Below are positions 54,201 to 63,881 of a stretch of DNA of 64,000 nt, one piece after another. The stretch lies in NCBI GenBank assembly GCA_001567515.1, contig LLEV01000005.1, positions 54,952 to 118,951 of the forward strand. The letters run 5' to 3'. The translations under genes and the position numbers were made by a program. This stretch comes from Microgenomates bacterium OLB22 (GTDB lineage: Bacteria > Patescibacteriota > Microgenomatia > UBA1406 > HO2-37-13b). How positions within the stretch are numbered: the first letter of the stretch is position 1; every line of letters begins with the position of its first letter. The notes under the pieces were generated by a model. It ran no database searches. It was not told the DNA's origin and saw only the letters and a list, made by a program, of their open reading frames with translations.

Positions 54201-55199
54201 AACCACCATTATCATCCAGCGCGGGCTGATATCAGATTTGATAAATGACTCAAGGAGTCGTGCCTTCTTGAGCAATTTTGTGCGTTTATCTCCTTTACCC
54301 TTGGCGAGGTCTTTGAGCACAGTCTTATACTCTTCCTTGAGATCCATTGATGAAAGAATCTCTAAAAGCACTTCTGACCCCATCCCCAGCTTAAGGAATT
54401 CATCAGCTTCTATCTCCTGAAGAAACGCATAGTCCTCTTCTTCGAGGATATCGATACGTCCGAGACTCTTGACAATCTTGTGGATACGCTCAAAGTAAAC
54501 CATTTTTTCATTTTTCTTCTCGTCATACTGCTGCTGCAGGCTAGCTAGTCTTTCACGAAATTTGAACTCTACTTCGTGGAGAGTAAGGTCAAGCTGATCT
54601 TTGCTCTTTACTTTTTTAGAAGTATCTTGCTTGGCCTTGTCTTCCTCGGCTTTGATCTCATCTTTGCGAGCTTTGTGCCAATCATCTAGCTTAGCCATCT
54701 CCTCTTTAGTCACGTCGTCGATACGCTTTAGGGCGATCGTTCGTTGCTCTTCATCAATGTCTTTTACTAGATAGAGGGCATAATAGATAATCCTCTCAAG
54801 ATTGGTAGCAGTGATATTCAGAAGAATAGAAAGCGGTGAAGATGCCCCCTTGAAATACCATATGTGAGCGACTGGGCATGCAAGCTTTATATGCCCCATA
54901 CGTTCACGTCTGACTGCACTTGCTGTGACTTCAACACCACAGCGATCACAGACTATTCCCTTGTATCTGATCCTTTTGTACTTACCGCAGTAGCACTCAT
55001 AATCCTTGGTAGGACCAAAAATGCGCTCATCAAAAAGACCGTCTTTCTCGGGTTTAAAAGTACGATAGTTTATAGTCTCCGGCTTGAGGACTTCACCATA
55101 TGACCACTCCGTTATGACTTCTGGTGAAGCCAAACGTATCATGAGTCCGGAGAAATCGAGCATCTTTATATGTTTTTCTTGTTGTTGATTTTCTTCCAT
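51282..55199 (-). CDS. rpoC: DNA-directed RNA polymerase beta' subunit
   Basis: 1305 aa, [14 protein letters not shown] catalytic motif, zinc-binding Cys cluster. Confidence 0.95.
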   Translation of the reverse strand: MEENQQQEKHIKMLDFSGLMIRLASPEVITEWSYGEVLKPETINYRTFKPEKDGLFDERIFGPTKDYECYCGKYKRIRYKGIVCDRCGVEVTASAVRRERMGHIKLACPVAHIWYFKGASSPLSILLNITATNLERIIYYALYLVKDIDEEQRTIALKRIDDVTKEEMAKLDDWHKARKDEIKAEEDKAKQDTSKKVKSKDQLDLTLHEVEFKFRERLASLQQQYDEKKNEKMVYFERIHKIVKSLGRIDILEEEDYAFLQEIEADEFLKLGMGSEVLLEILSSMDLKEEYKTVLKDLAKGKGDKRTKLLKKARLLESFIKSDISPRWMIMVVLPVIPPDLRPVVQLSGGKFATSDLNDFYRRVINRNNRLKHLIDLGAPEIILRNEKRMLQESVDSLIDLTKSRGGKTRQVRTKQLKSLSDVLKGKQGRFRQNLLGKRVDYSGRSVIIGGPDLKLHQCGLPKEMALELFKPFLLHEVIVRGLAQNIRSAKNFLETKDPVIYDILEEITKEHPVLLNRAPTLHKLSVLGFYPVLIDDYAIRLHPTVCSGFNADFDGDMMGVHVPLSDRSIEEVRSRMLPSKNLLKPADGSPIVVPNKEMALGCYYVTSIDTKFLDRKDEETRYYPNENEALFAYEMGKIETREPIFVRVEGEVLKTSVGRLLFNAKLHPELRFVNEAVKAGDLKTIVSKASKLYGVDNDKVAELIDALKELGFWGATISGGVSVSPFDCTIIPEKDAIIADADKRVKEIEQKYLQGLISNNERRDLCNKVWIEVTESLADKTWDAIGEENPAKIIIKSGGARASREQLKQLSAIKGLVSDPMGNIIEVPTKSNYRQGLTIFEYVINARGARKGYIDSALKTADAGYLTRRLVDVSHDMLIREQDCGTEEGLIIDESDARQNSFIDRIKGRYTAKAVAGKNKKVLIAANHLLDEDALKLIEKEEITSVEVRSPLFCKTEYGCCQRCYGIDWSTSETVEIGTPVGILAAQSVGEPGTQLTMRVRHFGGIVIADVTQGLPRVEELFEVRTPKILSPISDISGKVKLKEDKEKKLYRIKIVSQDTSKEEREYVIPTYRKLEVKDGQLIGIGHQLCEGYLDIKEILNVRGLHEAQMYLLHEIQSVYESQGIPIHDKHFEVIIRKMSDKLIIESEGDTKFIVGEVISRYRFEKENRKIIAQGGRPAVGRVSMIGVSRSAQYSDSWLSAASFQYTTKILTEASIKGQVDSLLGLKENVIIGRLIPVTEELLEAYFGDPVARESGEETVPADGESSEESATKTKKKEKLTAAQEELAQEILDETGQVAVEVSA

Positions 55200-55223
55200 T
55201 TCGTTGGTTGATGGTTCAAATGG

Positions 55224-58200
55224 TTAATTGACAGGTCGGACATCCAGTCCGAGTGCCTTGAGTTCATTTACGAGAACATAAAATGACTCTGGAACTGTTG
55301 ACTGCGGAATATCCATACCCTTGATGATAGCCTCAAACGCTTTGCGTCTTCCATAAACATCGTCACTTTTTATCGTGAGCATCTCCTGGAGAACATGAGG
55401 GACTCGATGACTTTCAAGCGCCCAGACTTCCATTTCTCCAAAACGCTGTCCCCCCATCTGTGACTTTCCACCGAGAGGCTGTTGCGTAACTAGTGAGTAT
55501 GGACCTGTAGAACGAGCATGGAATTTATCTTCTACCATATGTCGCAGTTTCAGAATATACCCTACTCCAACAAGGACAGATTTCTCATATGGCTTACCTG
55601 TGCGACCATCGTAAAGTACGATCTTGCCATCATCAGGGAGATTTGCGTCACGTAGTTCTTTCATCAAGAGCTCTTCACTGATACTTTCAAATATGGGGAA
55701 AGCGTACTTTTTATTGAGTCGTAGGGCAGGCATACCCAACATCGTTTCATAGAGCTGTCCCAGATTCATACGAGAAAGTACCGAAAGTGGTGATAGGACA
55801 ACATCAACTGGAGTTCCATCTTCAAGATAGGGCATGTCATGTTCAGGAAGTATTCGTGTAATAACACCTTTATTTCCATGTCGACCAGCGAGCTTATCAC
55901 CTACGCGGATCTTACGTAACTGGGCAACTGTCACGATAATCCTCTTGATAATACCAGCGTCCAATTCATTTGGATCTTTCTTAGCATCTATGACTTGAAC
56001 ATTGACAACGATACCCTTCTTACCGTAGGGAATACGAAGCGATGTATCTTTTACGTCTTTAGCCTTTTCTCCAAAGATTGCTCTGAGCAATCTTTCTTCA
56101 GCGCTGAGTTCTTTTTCTCCCTTTGGAGCAACTTTCCCGACCAAAACATCTCCAGGGCCAACATCAGATCCGACTGTCACTAGCCCATGTTTATCAAGGT
56201 TCGCCAAGATCTCCTCACGGACACCTGGGATATCTCGAGTGAGCTCCTCTGGACCAAGCTTGGTATCTACCACATCAGCGATGTATTCTTCCATGATGAT
56301 CGAAGACAGGAGATGATTTTTGACTACTCGCTCGGAGACCACAAATCCATCTTCATATCCAAGGCCATCAAGAGAGGCGTAAGCTACTACTAGATTTTGG
56401 CCGACTGCGAGTTCACCATGTTCAGTTGTAGGGCCATCTACGAGGAGTCCACCTTTAGCGACTTTTTGTCCCGGACTAACTCGTGGTTTCTGGTCAAAGA
56501 CAACATCCATGTTTGTTTTGAGGAAGCGATCTAGCTCATACTCATATCTCTTTCCTGAAACACCAGCAAATTTGACTGACGCTGAGTCGACAGCCACTAC
56601 CACCCCATCTTCAGGAGCAATGACTGTTCTTCCCAGTCCGCGAGCTATAGTCTCCTCGCTCCCGGTACCAACTAATGGAGCTGTTGGCGCTACAAGTGGG
56701 ACAGCCTGACAAAACATGTTACTTCCCATCAGAGCACGGCTAGCATCATCGTGCTGGAGGAATGGGATCAGAGAAGCTGAGAGTCCTACGACTTGCCGTG
56801 GGGAGAAGTCAATGAGGTCTATCTTATCAGTAGTGATCTCTTTCACATCTCCTTTATGCCGCGCGGGCACTCGGTCATTGAGGACATAACCCTTTTCGTC
56901 AGTTTTGACATTACTATGCGTTATGTAATATTGTTCCTCATCATCTGCTTGGAGATAGACGATCTCATCGGTGATCTGGACTCGAGTCTTACTACCTTCT
57001 TTAGTTTTTTTAACTTTCTTGTAAGGGGTCTCCAGCAGACCATAGTCATTGACCTTAGCAAACATAGCCAAATATGTGACCACACCAATACTCGGACCCT
57101 CTGGAGATCGGATCGCACCAATACGTCCATACTGGGAGGCGGCAATATCACGAATAGAGAATGAAGCTCTATCCTTGGTGATACCACCTGGTCCACCCAC
57201 AGTCAAACGACGAAGATTGTCCAGCTCTGATAAAGGGTTGGTTTGATCAACGATGGTTGAAAGTTGGCTAGTTTTGTAAAAAGAGTTTATTGCAGCAGCA
57301 ATGGCCTTACTATTGACTATCTGCGATGGGACAACATCTTCTTCTACGACAGTCATACTCATGCGTGACTTGATATCTCGCTCTGCTCGCACCATTCCTA
57401 CACGGATGCCGTACATCCCTACGAGTTCACCGACCGCTCTAATCCTTCTATTGGAGAGGTGGTCGATATCGTCGAAAGATCCTTTATTGTCAGTTAGACC
57501 AACTAAATAGGATATGATAGAGACGACGTCTTCAATACCCATGGTGACATGATCTTCGTCAATTGGGGTGGATAGATTGAGCTTTTTGTTCAACTTATAT
57601 CGACCCACTGGAGCGAGTGTATATCTGCGGTTATTAAAGAACATGTTATGTAGCGTTTCATTCGCTGTTGAAAGGACTAATGGCTCACCTGGTCGAACTT
57701 TTTTGTACATCTCCAGAGTGGCTTCGTCTTTAGTCTTTGCAGAATCTTTTTCAAGTGTGGGGACTATGTATTTTTGGAGTAGTGCTTTGTCAATGTTCTT
57801 AAAAAGACCCAAAATGTCATTGTCCGTCATCTGTTGCATAGCACGAAGGAACGATGTGGCATGAAACTTTCTCTTTTTATTGATTTTGGCTTCGATGATA
57901 TTATTTTTGGAGATAGTAAAATCAAGCCAAGCCCCTATGTAGGGTCTGACTTCAGCGTTATATGTCGTTGCTCCTGAGTTCTTGTCCACTTCTGCGGTAA
58001 AGTACACACCTGGAGCTCGGACCACTTGGCTTATGACTGCTCGCTCAATACCATTGATCACAAACGTACCTCTATCTGTCATCTTTGGTAGGTTGAAGAA
58101 GTAGATATCTTGTGTCCTCTCTGTCCCTCTCTTTTTATTGTGAAGCTTTACTTTGACATACACAGGAAATTGGTAGGTGAGCTTCATCTCAAAACACTCT

Positions 58201-58448
58201 TCTAGTCCATATTGGGGTTCGCCATAAAAAACATCAATAAGCTCTAAAAGATAGTTTTTACGCGTGTAGTCCTCGATTGGGAAAAACTCTTCTAGAATAG
58301 ACTTGACGCCGCCGTCCAAGAAGGCACTCCAGGACTTTTTTTGAATTTCAATAAGATCTAAAGAGGAAAGGTTGTCTCTGCTTCCAAAATATACACGAGA
58401 TGATGAGCTAGATGAGTTTGGTAAAGTGTTTTGAGTTTTTTTTGCCAT
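55224..58448 (-). CDS. rpoB: DNA-directed RNA polymerase beta subunit
   Basis: GDKLAGRHGNKGV signature; ORF track starts at TTG 58457, but ATG 58446-58448 (MAKKTQNTL) is the likelier start. Confidence 0.95.
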   Translation of the reverse strand: MAKKTQNTLPNSSSSSSRVYFGSRDNLSSLDLIEIQKKSWSAFLDGGVKSILEEFFPIEDYTRKNYLLELIDVFYGEPQYGLEECFEMKLTYQFPVYVKVKLHNKKRGTERTQDIYFFNLPKMTDRGTFVINGIERAVISQVVRAPGVYFTAEVDKNSGATTYNAEVRPYIGAWLDFTISKNNIIEAKINKKRKFHATSFLRAMQQMTDNDILGLFKNIDKALLQKYIVPTLEKDSAKTKDEATLEMYKKVRPGEPLVLSTANETLHNMFFNNRRYTLAPVGRYKLNKKLNLSTPIDEDHVTMGIEDVVSIISYLVGLTDNKGSFDDIDHLSNRRIRAVGELVGMYGIRVGMVRAERDIKSRMSMTVVEEDVVPSQIVNSKAIAAAINSFYKTSQLSTIVDQTNPLSELDNLRRLTVGGPGGITKDRASFSIRDIAASQYGRIGAIRSPEGPSIGVVTYLAMFAKVNDYGLLETPYKKVKKTKEGSKTRVQITDEIVYLQADDEEQYYITHSNVKTDEKGYVLNDRVPARHKGDVKEITTDKIDLIDFSPRQVVGLSASLIPFLQHDDASRALMGSNMFCQAVPLVAPTAPLVGTGSEETIARGLGRTVIAPEDGVVVAVDSASVKFAGVSGKRYEYELDRFLKTNMDVVFDQKPRVSPGQKVAKGGLLVDGPTTEHGELAVGQNLVVAYASLDGLGYEDGFVVSERVVKNHLLSSIIMEEYIADVVDTKLGPEELTRDIPGVREEILANLDKHGLVTVGSDVGPGDVLVGKVAPKGEKELSAEERLLRAIFGEKAKDVKDTSLRIPYGKKGIVVNVQVIDAKKDPNELDAGIIKRIIVTVAQLRKIRVGDKLAGRHGNKGVITRILPEHDMPYLEDGTPVDVVLSPLSVLSRMNLGQLYETMLGMPALRLNKKYAFPIFESISEELLMKELRDANLPDDGKIVLYDGRTGKPYEKSVLVGVGYILKLRHMVEDKFHARSTGPYSLVTQQPLGGKSQMGGQRFGEMEVWALESHRVPHVLQEMLTIKSDDVYGRRKAFEAIIKGMDIPQSTVPESFYVLVNELKALGLDVRPVN

Positions 58449-58465
58449 TAGGCCCAAAAGAATAA

Positions 58466-58479
58466 CTTGTTATAACAAG
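58466..58479. promoter_or_regulatory. perfect 14-nt palindrome CTTGTTATAACAAG in the rpoB leader
   Basis: Lies 18-31 nt upstream of the rpoB ATG; related to the ACTGTATAACAGT palindromes at 10306 and 37513. Confidence 0.35.
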
Positions 58480-58675
58480 ATACTAATCGGTGTGCAATAG
58501 TACCATATACTAGAAAAACTAAGAGTACTCCCTTATATAAGAGGCTTTCTTAGGATATCTGCTATCGTTATGGAGTTTATTATTATGTTGCAACAGTATA
58601 TTACTATACAGCACAGCACAAGAAAAATCAACAGAAAGATATTCAGTCAGAATATCTGACCAAGACGGTAGAGTA

Positions 58676-58974
58676 CTATTTCTTTTCACTAGGTATAAGC
58701 TGCTTCAGTTTATCAATAACTTTTGACACATGCAACCCTTCTGTATCACCCTTCTTATGCTTTGTATTTTCTTCTGAAGAAGAATGAGCACCGACTCCCT
58801 GAAAAAAAGTCCGAGATGAAGTCATCGGATGACTCGATCACACCCATAAGAGATCGAACCATATCTCGGCCTTTTTTTAGTGCCAAGAAAAAAAAGAGTT
58901 CCAGCTCCTACCGCAGCACCTAGGAAGAAAGAATTGAATTGGGACTGTCCATGCTTGTAATCGGGGCTATTCAT
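58676..58974 (-). CDS. putative YtxH-like (DUF948-associated) small membrane protein, frame broken at two 7-nt runs
   Basis: Own translation: MNSPDYKHGQSQFNSFFLGAAVGAGTLFFLGTKK... (GxxxGAxxGA TM motif); ATG overlaps the upstream stop (ATGA); continues to 58676 only if runs 58872-58878 and 58802-58808 are each one base shorter. Confidence 0.3.
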
Positions 58975-59249
58975 GATTCCTTACTCGCAGAGCTCTTTTT
59001 CTTCCTATTACCAAAGAGCTCAACTATCTGAAACAACTTAGTAACCCCCATGACAAAAGCAACTACCTCAGAATACCCTCCTTGTAGGCTTACTCCAAAT
59101 TGCTCAAGCGTATTGGTTAGGTTCTCTACTCGATGTAATATCCTCTTTACATCACGAAGTATAAAAAAAAGCTGTATACCCAAGACCACGAGTATAATAG
59201 TGAGTAAGCTGACTGATACAAGGATGACTATTTGTGTTGGATCATACAT
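58971..59249 (-). CDS. DUF948-like small membrane protein
   Basis: N-terminal TM IVILVSVSLLTIILVVLGIQLFFIL followed by helical region; resembles the B. subtilis ytxG-type family. Confidence 0.45.
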   Translation of the reverse strand: MYDPTQIVILVSVSLLTIILVVLGIQLFFILRDVKRILHRVENLTNTLEQFGVSLQGGYSEVVAFVMGVTKLFQIVELFGNRKKKSSASKES

Positions 59250-59322
59250 ATTGTATATTAGGTATACTATTTACTTTGTGCATTTGCAATAATATCTTGT
59301 GTAGAAAAAATCTGAAAATTCA

Positions 59323-60357
59323 ATGAAAAAACAAAAAGCAGTAATCGTCATAGCAACTTACAACGAAAGAGAAAATATCTCCAAATTGCTACCTCTCACT
59401 TTAAAATACACTTCCGACATTCTCAACTGGAATGTGTCTATCCTTGTAGTCGATGATAATTCTCCAGATGGGACACAAGAGGTGGTCAAAGACTTTCAAA
59501 AAGAACATAAATCAGTTCATCTACTTACTGGTGAAAAGCAAGGACTCGGTGCTGCATATCGACGTGGATTTAGTTATGCTATAGATACTTTCGACCCGGA
59601 TATATTGTTTGAGATGGACGGAGACCTCCAACATGATCCAGGGCTCATCCCCAGTTTTCTGAAAAAGATAGATCAAGGAGCTGACTTTGTTATCGGATCA
59701 CGATTTATCAAAGGCGGATCAATTCCAGAAAATTGGGAACTTCATCGAAAGATATTTTCATTAGGGGCTAACTTAGGGCTTTGTTTTGGATTTATGAACT
59801 TTAAGGTACATGATTGGACCTCTGGATTTCGAGCAATAAAGGCTGATTTTATCAACAAGACGCTACATAGATATACCCCCTATGACGGTTATGTCTTTCA
59901 GATAGCGGTACTCGATACAGCAATCAAAGAAGGGTTAAAAGTTGCGGAAGTTCCACTAAATTTCAAAGATCGAAAACATGGATCTTCCAAGATCCCTGCA
60001 CTACAGTACATCATAACGATAATGCTTTATGTCATGCAGCATTCCTCTTTTTTCAAATTTGCAGTAGTAGGGGTGATCGGAGCTATCATAGATTTTGGGC
60101 TTTCTTACGTAGGTATTGAGTTGCTCAGCTGGCCCGTAGCCCTGAGTACCATAATAAGTGCAGAAGGGTCAGTCTTAAGCAATTTTTCTCTAAATAACCT
60201 GTGGAGTTTTGCGCACAAACGTATCGACAAGAGTTCTCATTTGCTTAATGCATTCCTAAAGTTTCACGTAGTGGCATTGGGCTCGGATTGGCCTACAAAC
60301 TTTTCTGATGCACTCTGCTACCGATACTTTTGGCATTACCTACTGGTATATATATAA
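59323..60357 (+). CDS. polyprenyl-phosphate glycosyltransferase (GT2, DPM1/GtrB-like) with C-terminal GtrA-like membrane domain
   Basis: VIVIATYNEREN, VVDDNSPDGT, EMDGDLQHDP (DxD), C-terminal FFKFAVVGVIGAIIDFGLSY. Confidence 0.75.
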   Translation: MKKQKAVIVIATYNERENISKLLPLTLKYTSDILNWNVSILVVDDNSPDGTQEVVKDFQKEHKSVHLLTGEKQGLGAAYRRGFSYAIDTFDPDILFEMDGDLQHDPGLIPSFLKKIDQGADFVIGSRFIKGGSIPENWELHRKIFSLGANLGLCFGFMNFKVHDWTSGFRAIKADFINKTLHRYTPYDGYVFQIAVLDTAIKEGLKVAEVPLNFKDRKHGSSKIPALQYIITIMLYVMQHSSFFKFAVVGVIGAIIDFGLSYVGIELLSWPVALSTIISAEGSVLSNFSLNNLWSFAHKRIDKSSHLLNAFLKFHVVALGSDWPTNFSDALCYRYFWHYLLVYI

Positions 60358-60509
60358 ATTCTTTATAATCCTCCTTGTGATCATCCCGTACTCATACATC
60401 TTATATAACCTCGTCATATGGAAAGATGATAAGAGAAATGAGCTTGGATGATTTTGGTAGTATAAATTTCACCAATTGCGCTTTTGATTTCCCAAGAGTA
60501 CATTAATTA

Positions 60510-61185
60510 ATGATGGCAGAGACCAAACAATTGTCCAAAACTCAAAAGATGCTCAATGTTTGGGCTGTAGTACTCATTCTATGGAGTCTCTATCGCACTG
60601 CTAACATCGCCATGCCGCTCTGGTTTGATGAATTTATTGCCAAGCCAGCAGTATTCATCCTGCCAGTGTTATGGTTCATCCATAGATATGAAGGTGCCAC
60701 TATCTGGGATGGCCTATGGCTATCAAGAAAGAATATCCGATCATCTCTCTATTACGCACTCGCAATAGGTGCTTTTTTTCGCTGTCATGGCGGTCATCGG
60801 AAACATCACGAAGTATGGCCACTTCTCTACGGATGCCACGCTATTTTCACTCTCATCGTCCACCTTGGCGATGACCATTGCCATCACTGTTGCTACAGCA
60901 ATCTCCGAGGAGATTCTATCTCGCGGCTTTGTCATAAAACGCCTCTATGAAGATTCAAAGTCGGTGTATGGGAGTGCATTCCTCGGTAGCGTACTCTTTC
61001 TCATACTCCATGTCCCTATACTTTTCGGAGACTATAAGCTATCCGGGCCATCCATCATTTTACTGCTATCTACAAATTTTATACTTAGTTTCATCAACTC
61101 CATCGTGTTTATAGATAGAAAGAGCCTCATAGCCCCCATCCTCATACATGCATTCTACAACATAGCGATCCTTCTCTATACCTAA
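60510..61185 (+). CDS. CPBP-family (CAAX/Abi) intramembrane metalloprotease, frameshifted at a T7 run 60773-60779
   Basis: Second ORF carries EEILSRGF (EExxxR), FLILH and HAFYN motifs; one base fewer joins ...YYALAIGAFFAVMAVIGN... Confidence 0.7.
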
Positions 61186-61199
61186 GCAGTGAAGGCTTG

Positions 61200-61589
61200 T
61201 TACTTAATTCTTTCTAAAACACCCCGGCGCTTGACAATATTTTTATAGTCCCATTGGATATCTCTCGCTTTTTTTAGCCAGCGATGCAGATCAGATACGT
61301 CGATTTCATCTACATGGGTGTATCGCGCCTCTGCGGCCTTGAAATTACCTTCAACGCGCAAATCAGCTTCATCAAACGATTGACCGCTCCAAAAAAGGAG
61401 ACGAACACTATCCTTTAGTTTGCTATAGCCTACAACTGGATTACCATCTAAAAACCAGACTGGATGTGCATGCCAGATCTTACTCTTTGCCTCCGTAAGA
61501 ACAGTATCAATTTCTCTATTGAGCAGTTCACAAATCTCTCTATCACTAACATTTTGAGACAGGTTGTATGACTTGATATCTGCATTCAT
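61200..61589 (-). CDS. DUF1801 (YdhG-like) domain protein
   Basis: KIWHAHPVWFLDGNPVVGYSKLKDSVRLLFWSG matches the DUF1801 core. Confidence 0.5.
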   Translation of the reverse strand: MNADIKSYNLSQNVSDREICELLNREIDTVLTEAKSKIWHAHPVWFLDGNPVVGYSKLKDSVRLLFWSGQSFDEADLRVEGNFKAAEARYTHVDEIDVSDLHRWLKKARDIQWDYKNIVKRRGVLERIK

Positions 61590-61595
61590 AGCGTC

Positions 61596-63235
61596 CTAGT
61601 TTTCCCTAAGGGTATTACTTGTAACAGGATCATACACTTCAAAGATAGACTCGGTCCCAAGTTTGATTTCTTTCGACTGTGAAAGGTTATCTGACATCTC
61701 ATCAGGATACCCAATGTAAAGAGACTCGGGATCATTTTTTGAGGCCGGAAGAGAAAAGACATACTTATCAAAAGACTTCACTTGTGAGAATCCATATTCA
61801 TCAGCTCCTGTATATGAAGCATTCTTTTGATAAGTCGCGGGATCATATTTGAGATACCAGAGATAATATATGTAGGGCTGGCCATGACGGGATGTCATAT
61901 GGACATGCTCCTTCATTTTCAGCTCCTCCCCGTAGGTTGTGAACAATTCTTTGTAGCCACACTGCCATGACCTGATGACATGCGCCTGAGCAGGGTAGTG
62001 CCAGTAGTACATACTGAAGGCAAAAACACTTTCGAGGACGATGAAACCAGCGAAAAATGTCAATAGACTTACTCCCACATAAGATTTCTTAAGATATGTT
62101 ATAGCACGGACTATACCAACCCCTCCAAAGTAGGCAAGTGGGATGATCATAAGATACTACGTCCTAGAGCGGGTTGCGTCCAAGTAAGTGCGCTGACTAC
62201 CGGAGAAGTGAGCAAAAGTATCAAGAGAAGCACTTCTGTTGGCTTGATCTTCTTAAAAGAAGCAACGATTCCACCAAGAGCAGCAATAAATGCCACATAT
62301 GAGAAGGCGTGAATGTCCTCATACCCAAAACGGACATTGTCCTCCAGACTACCATTGAGAAAAGGAAATGAAAAATGATTGACATAATGATTTATGAATT
62401 CATATACACCTACCGTCAATTTATTAAACACAATTCGGACAGGGAAGTCCTGTAGAAGGGAATTGATCTTGAGAGAGAAACCAACAGAGGAGGTCAAAAA
62501 AAGAGATTGTACACGGGCGGCACCATGTAACAATTCAATAGCAAGTAGTGCTACGCCAAGTAGTGCCATAAGTGATGTCCACATTACAACAGATCTCCCA
62601 GATACCTTCTTTGCTTTAAAGTTGGTGACAAGGAGGTAAAAAAGATATGTAGTAATAAGCACTATGATCAATCGACCAGTGTGATATGAAAAGGCAGCAA
62701 GTGCCCCACAGAGGAGAGCGCCAGCCGCTTGCCATCCTCGCAACTCCTCCCTAAATCGATCTGCAAAGTAGATCCCCCATACGGCAAAGAGCATGACTAG
62801 GACAGACTCATGAGCTTGACGTACAAGGAAAAGATACCATGGGGCACTTGCTAACAAAATTCCTACAACTATGCTAATTACATTGGATCGAGTGAGTCGG
62901 CGCGTAAGAAAAAAAAGACCAATGAGGAGTAGGGCTCCTATGAAATAGTTCGCAAGTCGGATAACATGGTCTGCCGTACCAAGAATCCAAAAAAAGGGAA
63001 CTAGTACATAGCTATACATCGGCATTTTAAAGTCATTAAATGACACCAATCGCAGGGGGAGGAAGTTGCCATGTTCGTCACTGCCCGTTTTCATGATGGA
63101 AAATGCATTATAGGCATACGCCACTTCATCGGCATTAAGGCAGGGCGGCGTAACAGTGCTACGGAACCACCATAGAAATGAGAATAGAAACATGACGACA
63201 CCTATTCCTGCAAGCACATTTGCGTACCTTTTCAT
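61596..63235 (-). CDS. GT-C fold glycosyltransferase (PMT/ArnT-like), annotated as two ORFs joined by an ATGA overlap at 62147-62150
   Basis: 362-aa N-terminal part has the DE loop (NADEVAYAYNAFSI) and about 9 TM helices; the 184-aa part supplies the last TM and a C-terminal soluble domain. Either one frameshifted gene or a split enzyme. Confidence 0.6.
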
Positions 63236-63341
63236 CTTGAAAATAATGACAGAACTTCCCTGTCAGTGCGACGTATATACTTCTTTTCAGCAGCTCTATG
63301 ATGCCCGACTAAAGGATAACGAACTATGGCGTCTAGGATAC

Positions 63342-63881
63342 TCATCCCAAGTCCGATCGGAAGGCACTCCAAAATAGCTGTGGTAAGGATATAATGTGCT
63401 GAAGACATAGACTCTTATCCGTAGTATTGCCCCACATAAAAAGCAAATGATTTCTCAGCGCAATTCGTGCCACTTGCTTTTTAGTGTAATACTTCCCAAT
63501 AGTGGACTCGTGATGATGTTCGACTACTACTTGCCCATCAAAGAGGGATTTCCACCCTCTTTTATATGCGCGGTAAGACAGATCGATATCTTCATGATAG
63601 AAGGGACTGTATAAAGGAGAAAATCCTCCTAATTTCTTATATTTCTCAGTACTGACCATACAAGACCCTGCCTCAGCCCATGCTGTCAAGCCTGTGTCAA
63701 GATCCTTAGCATACGTATTTCGAATCATCCCATGCTCAAAGTAAATACTGTTCTTGCCACCTAGTGAACCATCCTTCTCTCGTTGTTTTACTGATACAGC
63801 AAATAAGTCGCGGTCCCTTTCAAACCATTTTGTCAATGTGAAAAATTTCCTATCGAGTAGAATAACATCGGAGTTAAGCAA
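63342..63881 (-). CDS. family-2 glycosyltransferase, C-terminal portion (N-terminus toward the window end, possibly out of frame)
   Basis: FYHEDIDLSYRAYKRGWK acceptor-side ED motif typical of GT2. Confidence 0.45.
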   Translation of the reverse strand: MLNSDVILLDRKFFTLTKWFERDRDLFAVSVKQREKDGSLGGKNSIYFEHGMIRNTYAKDLDTGLTAWAEAGSCMVSTEKYKKLGGFSPLYSPFYHEDIDLSYRAYKRGWKSLFDGQVVVEHHHESTIGKYYTKKQVARIALRNHLLFMWGNTTDKSLCLQHIISLPQLFWSAFRSDLG

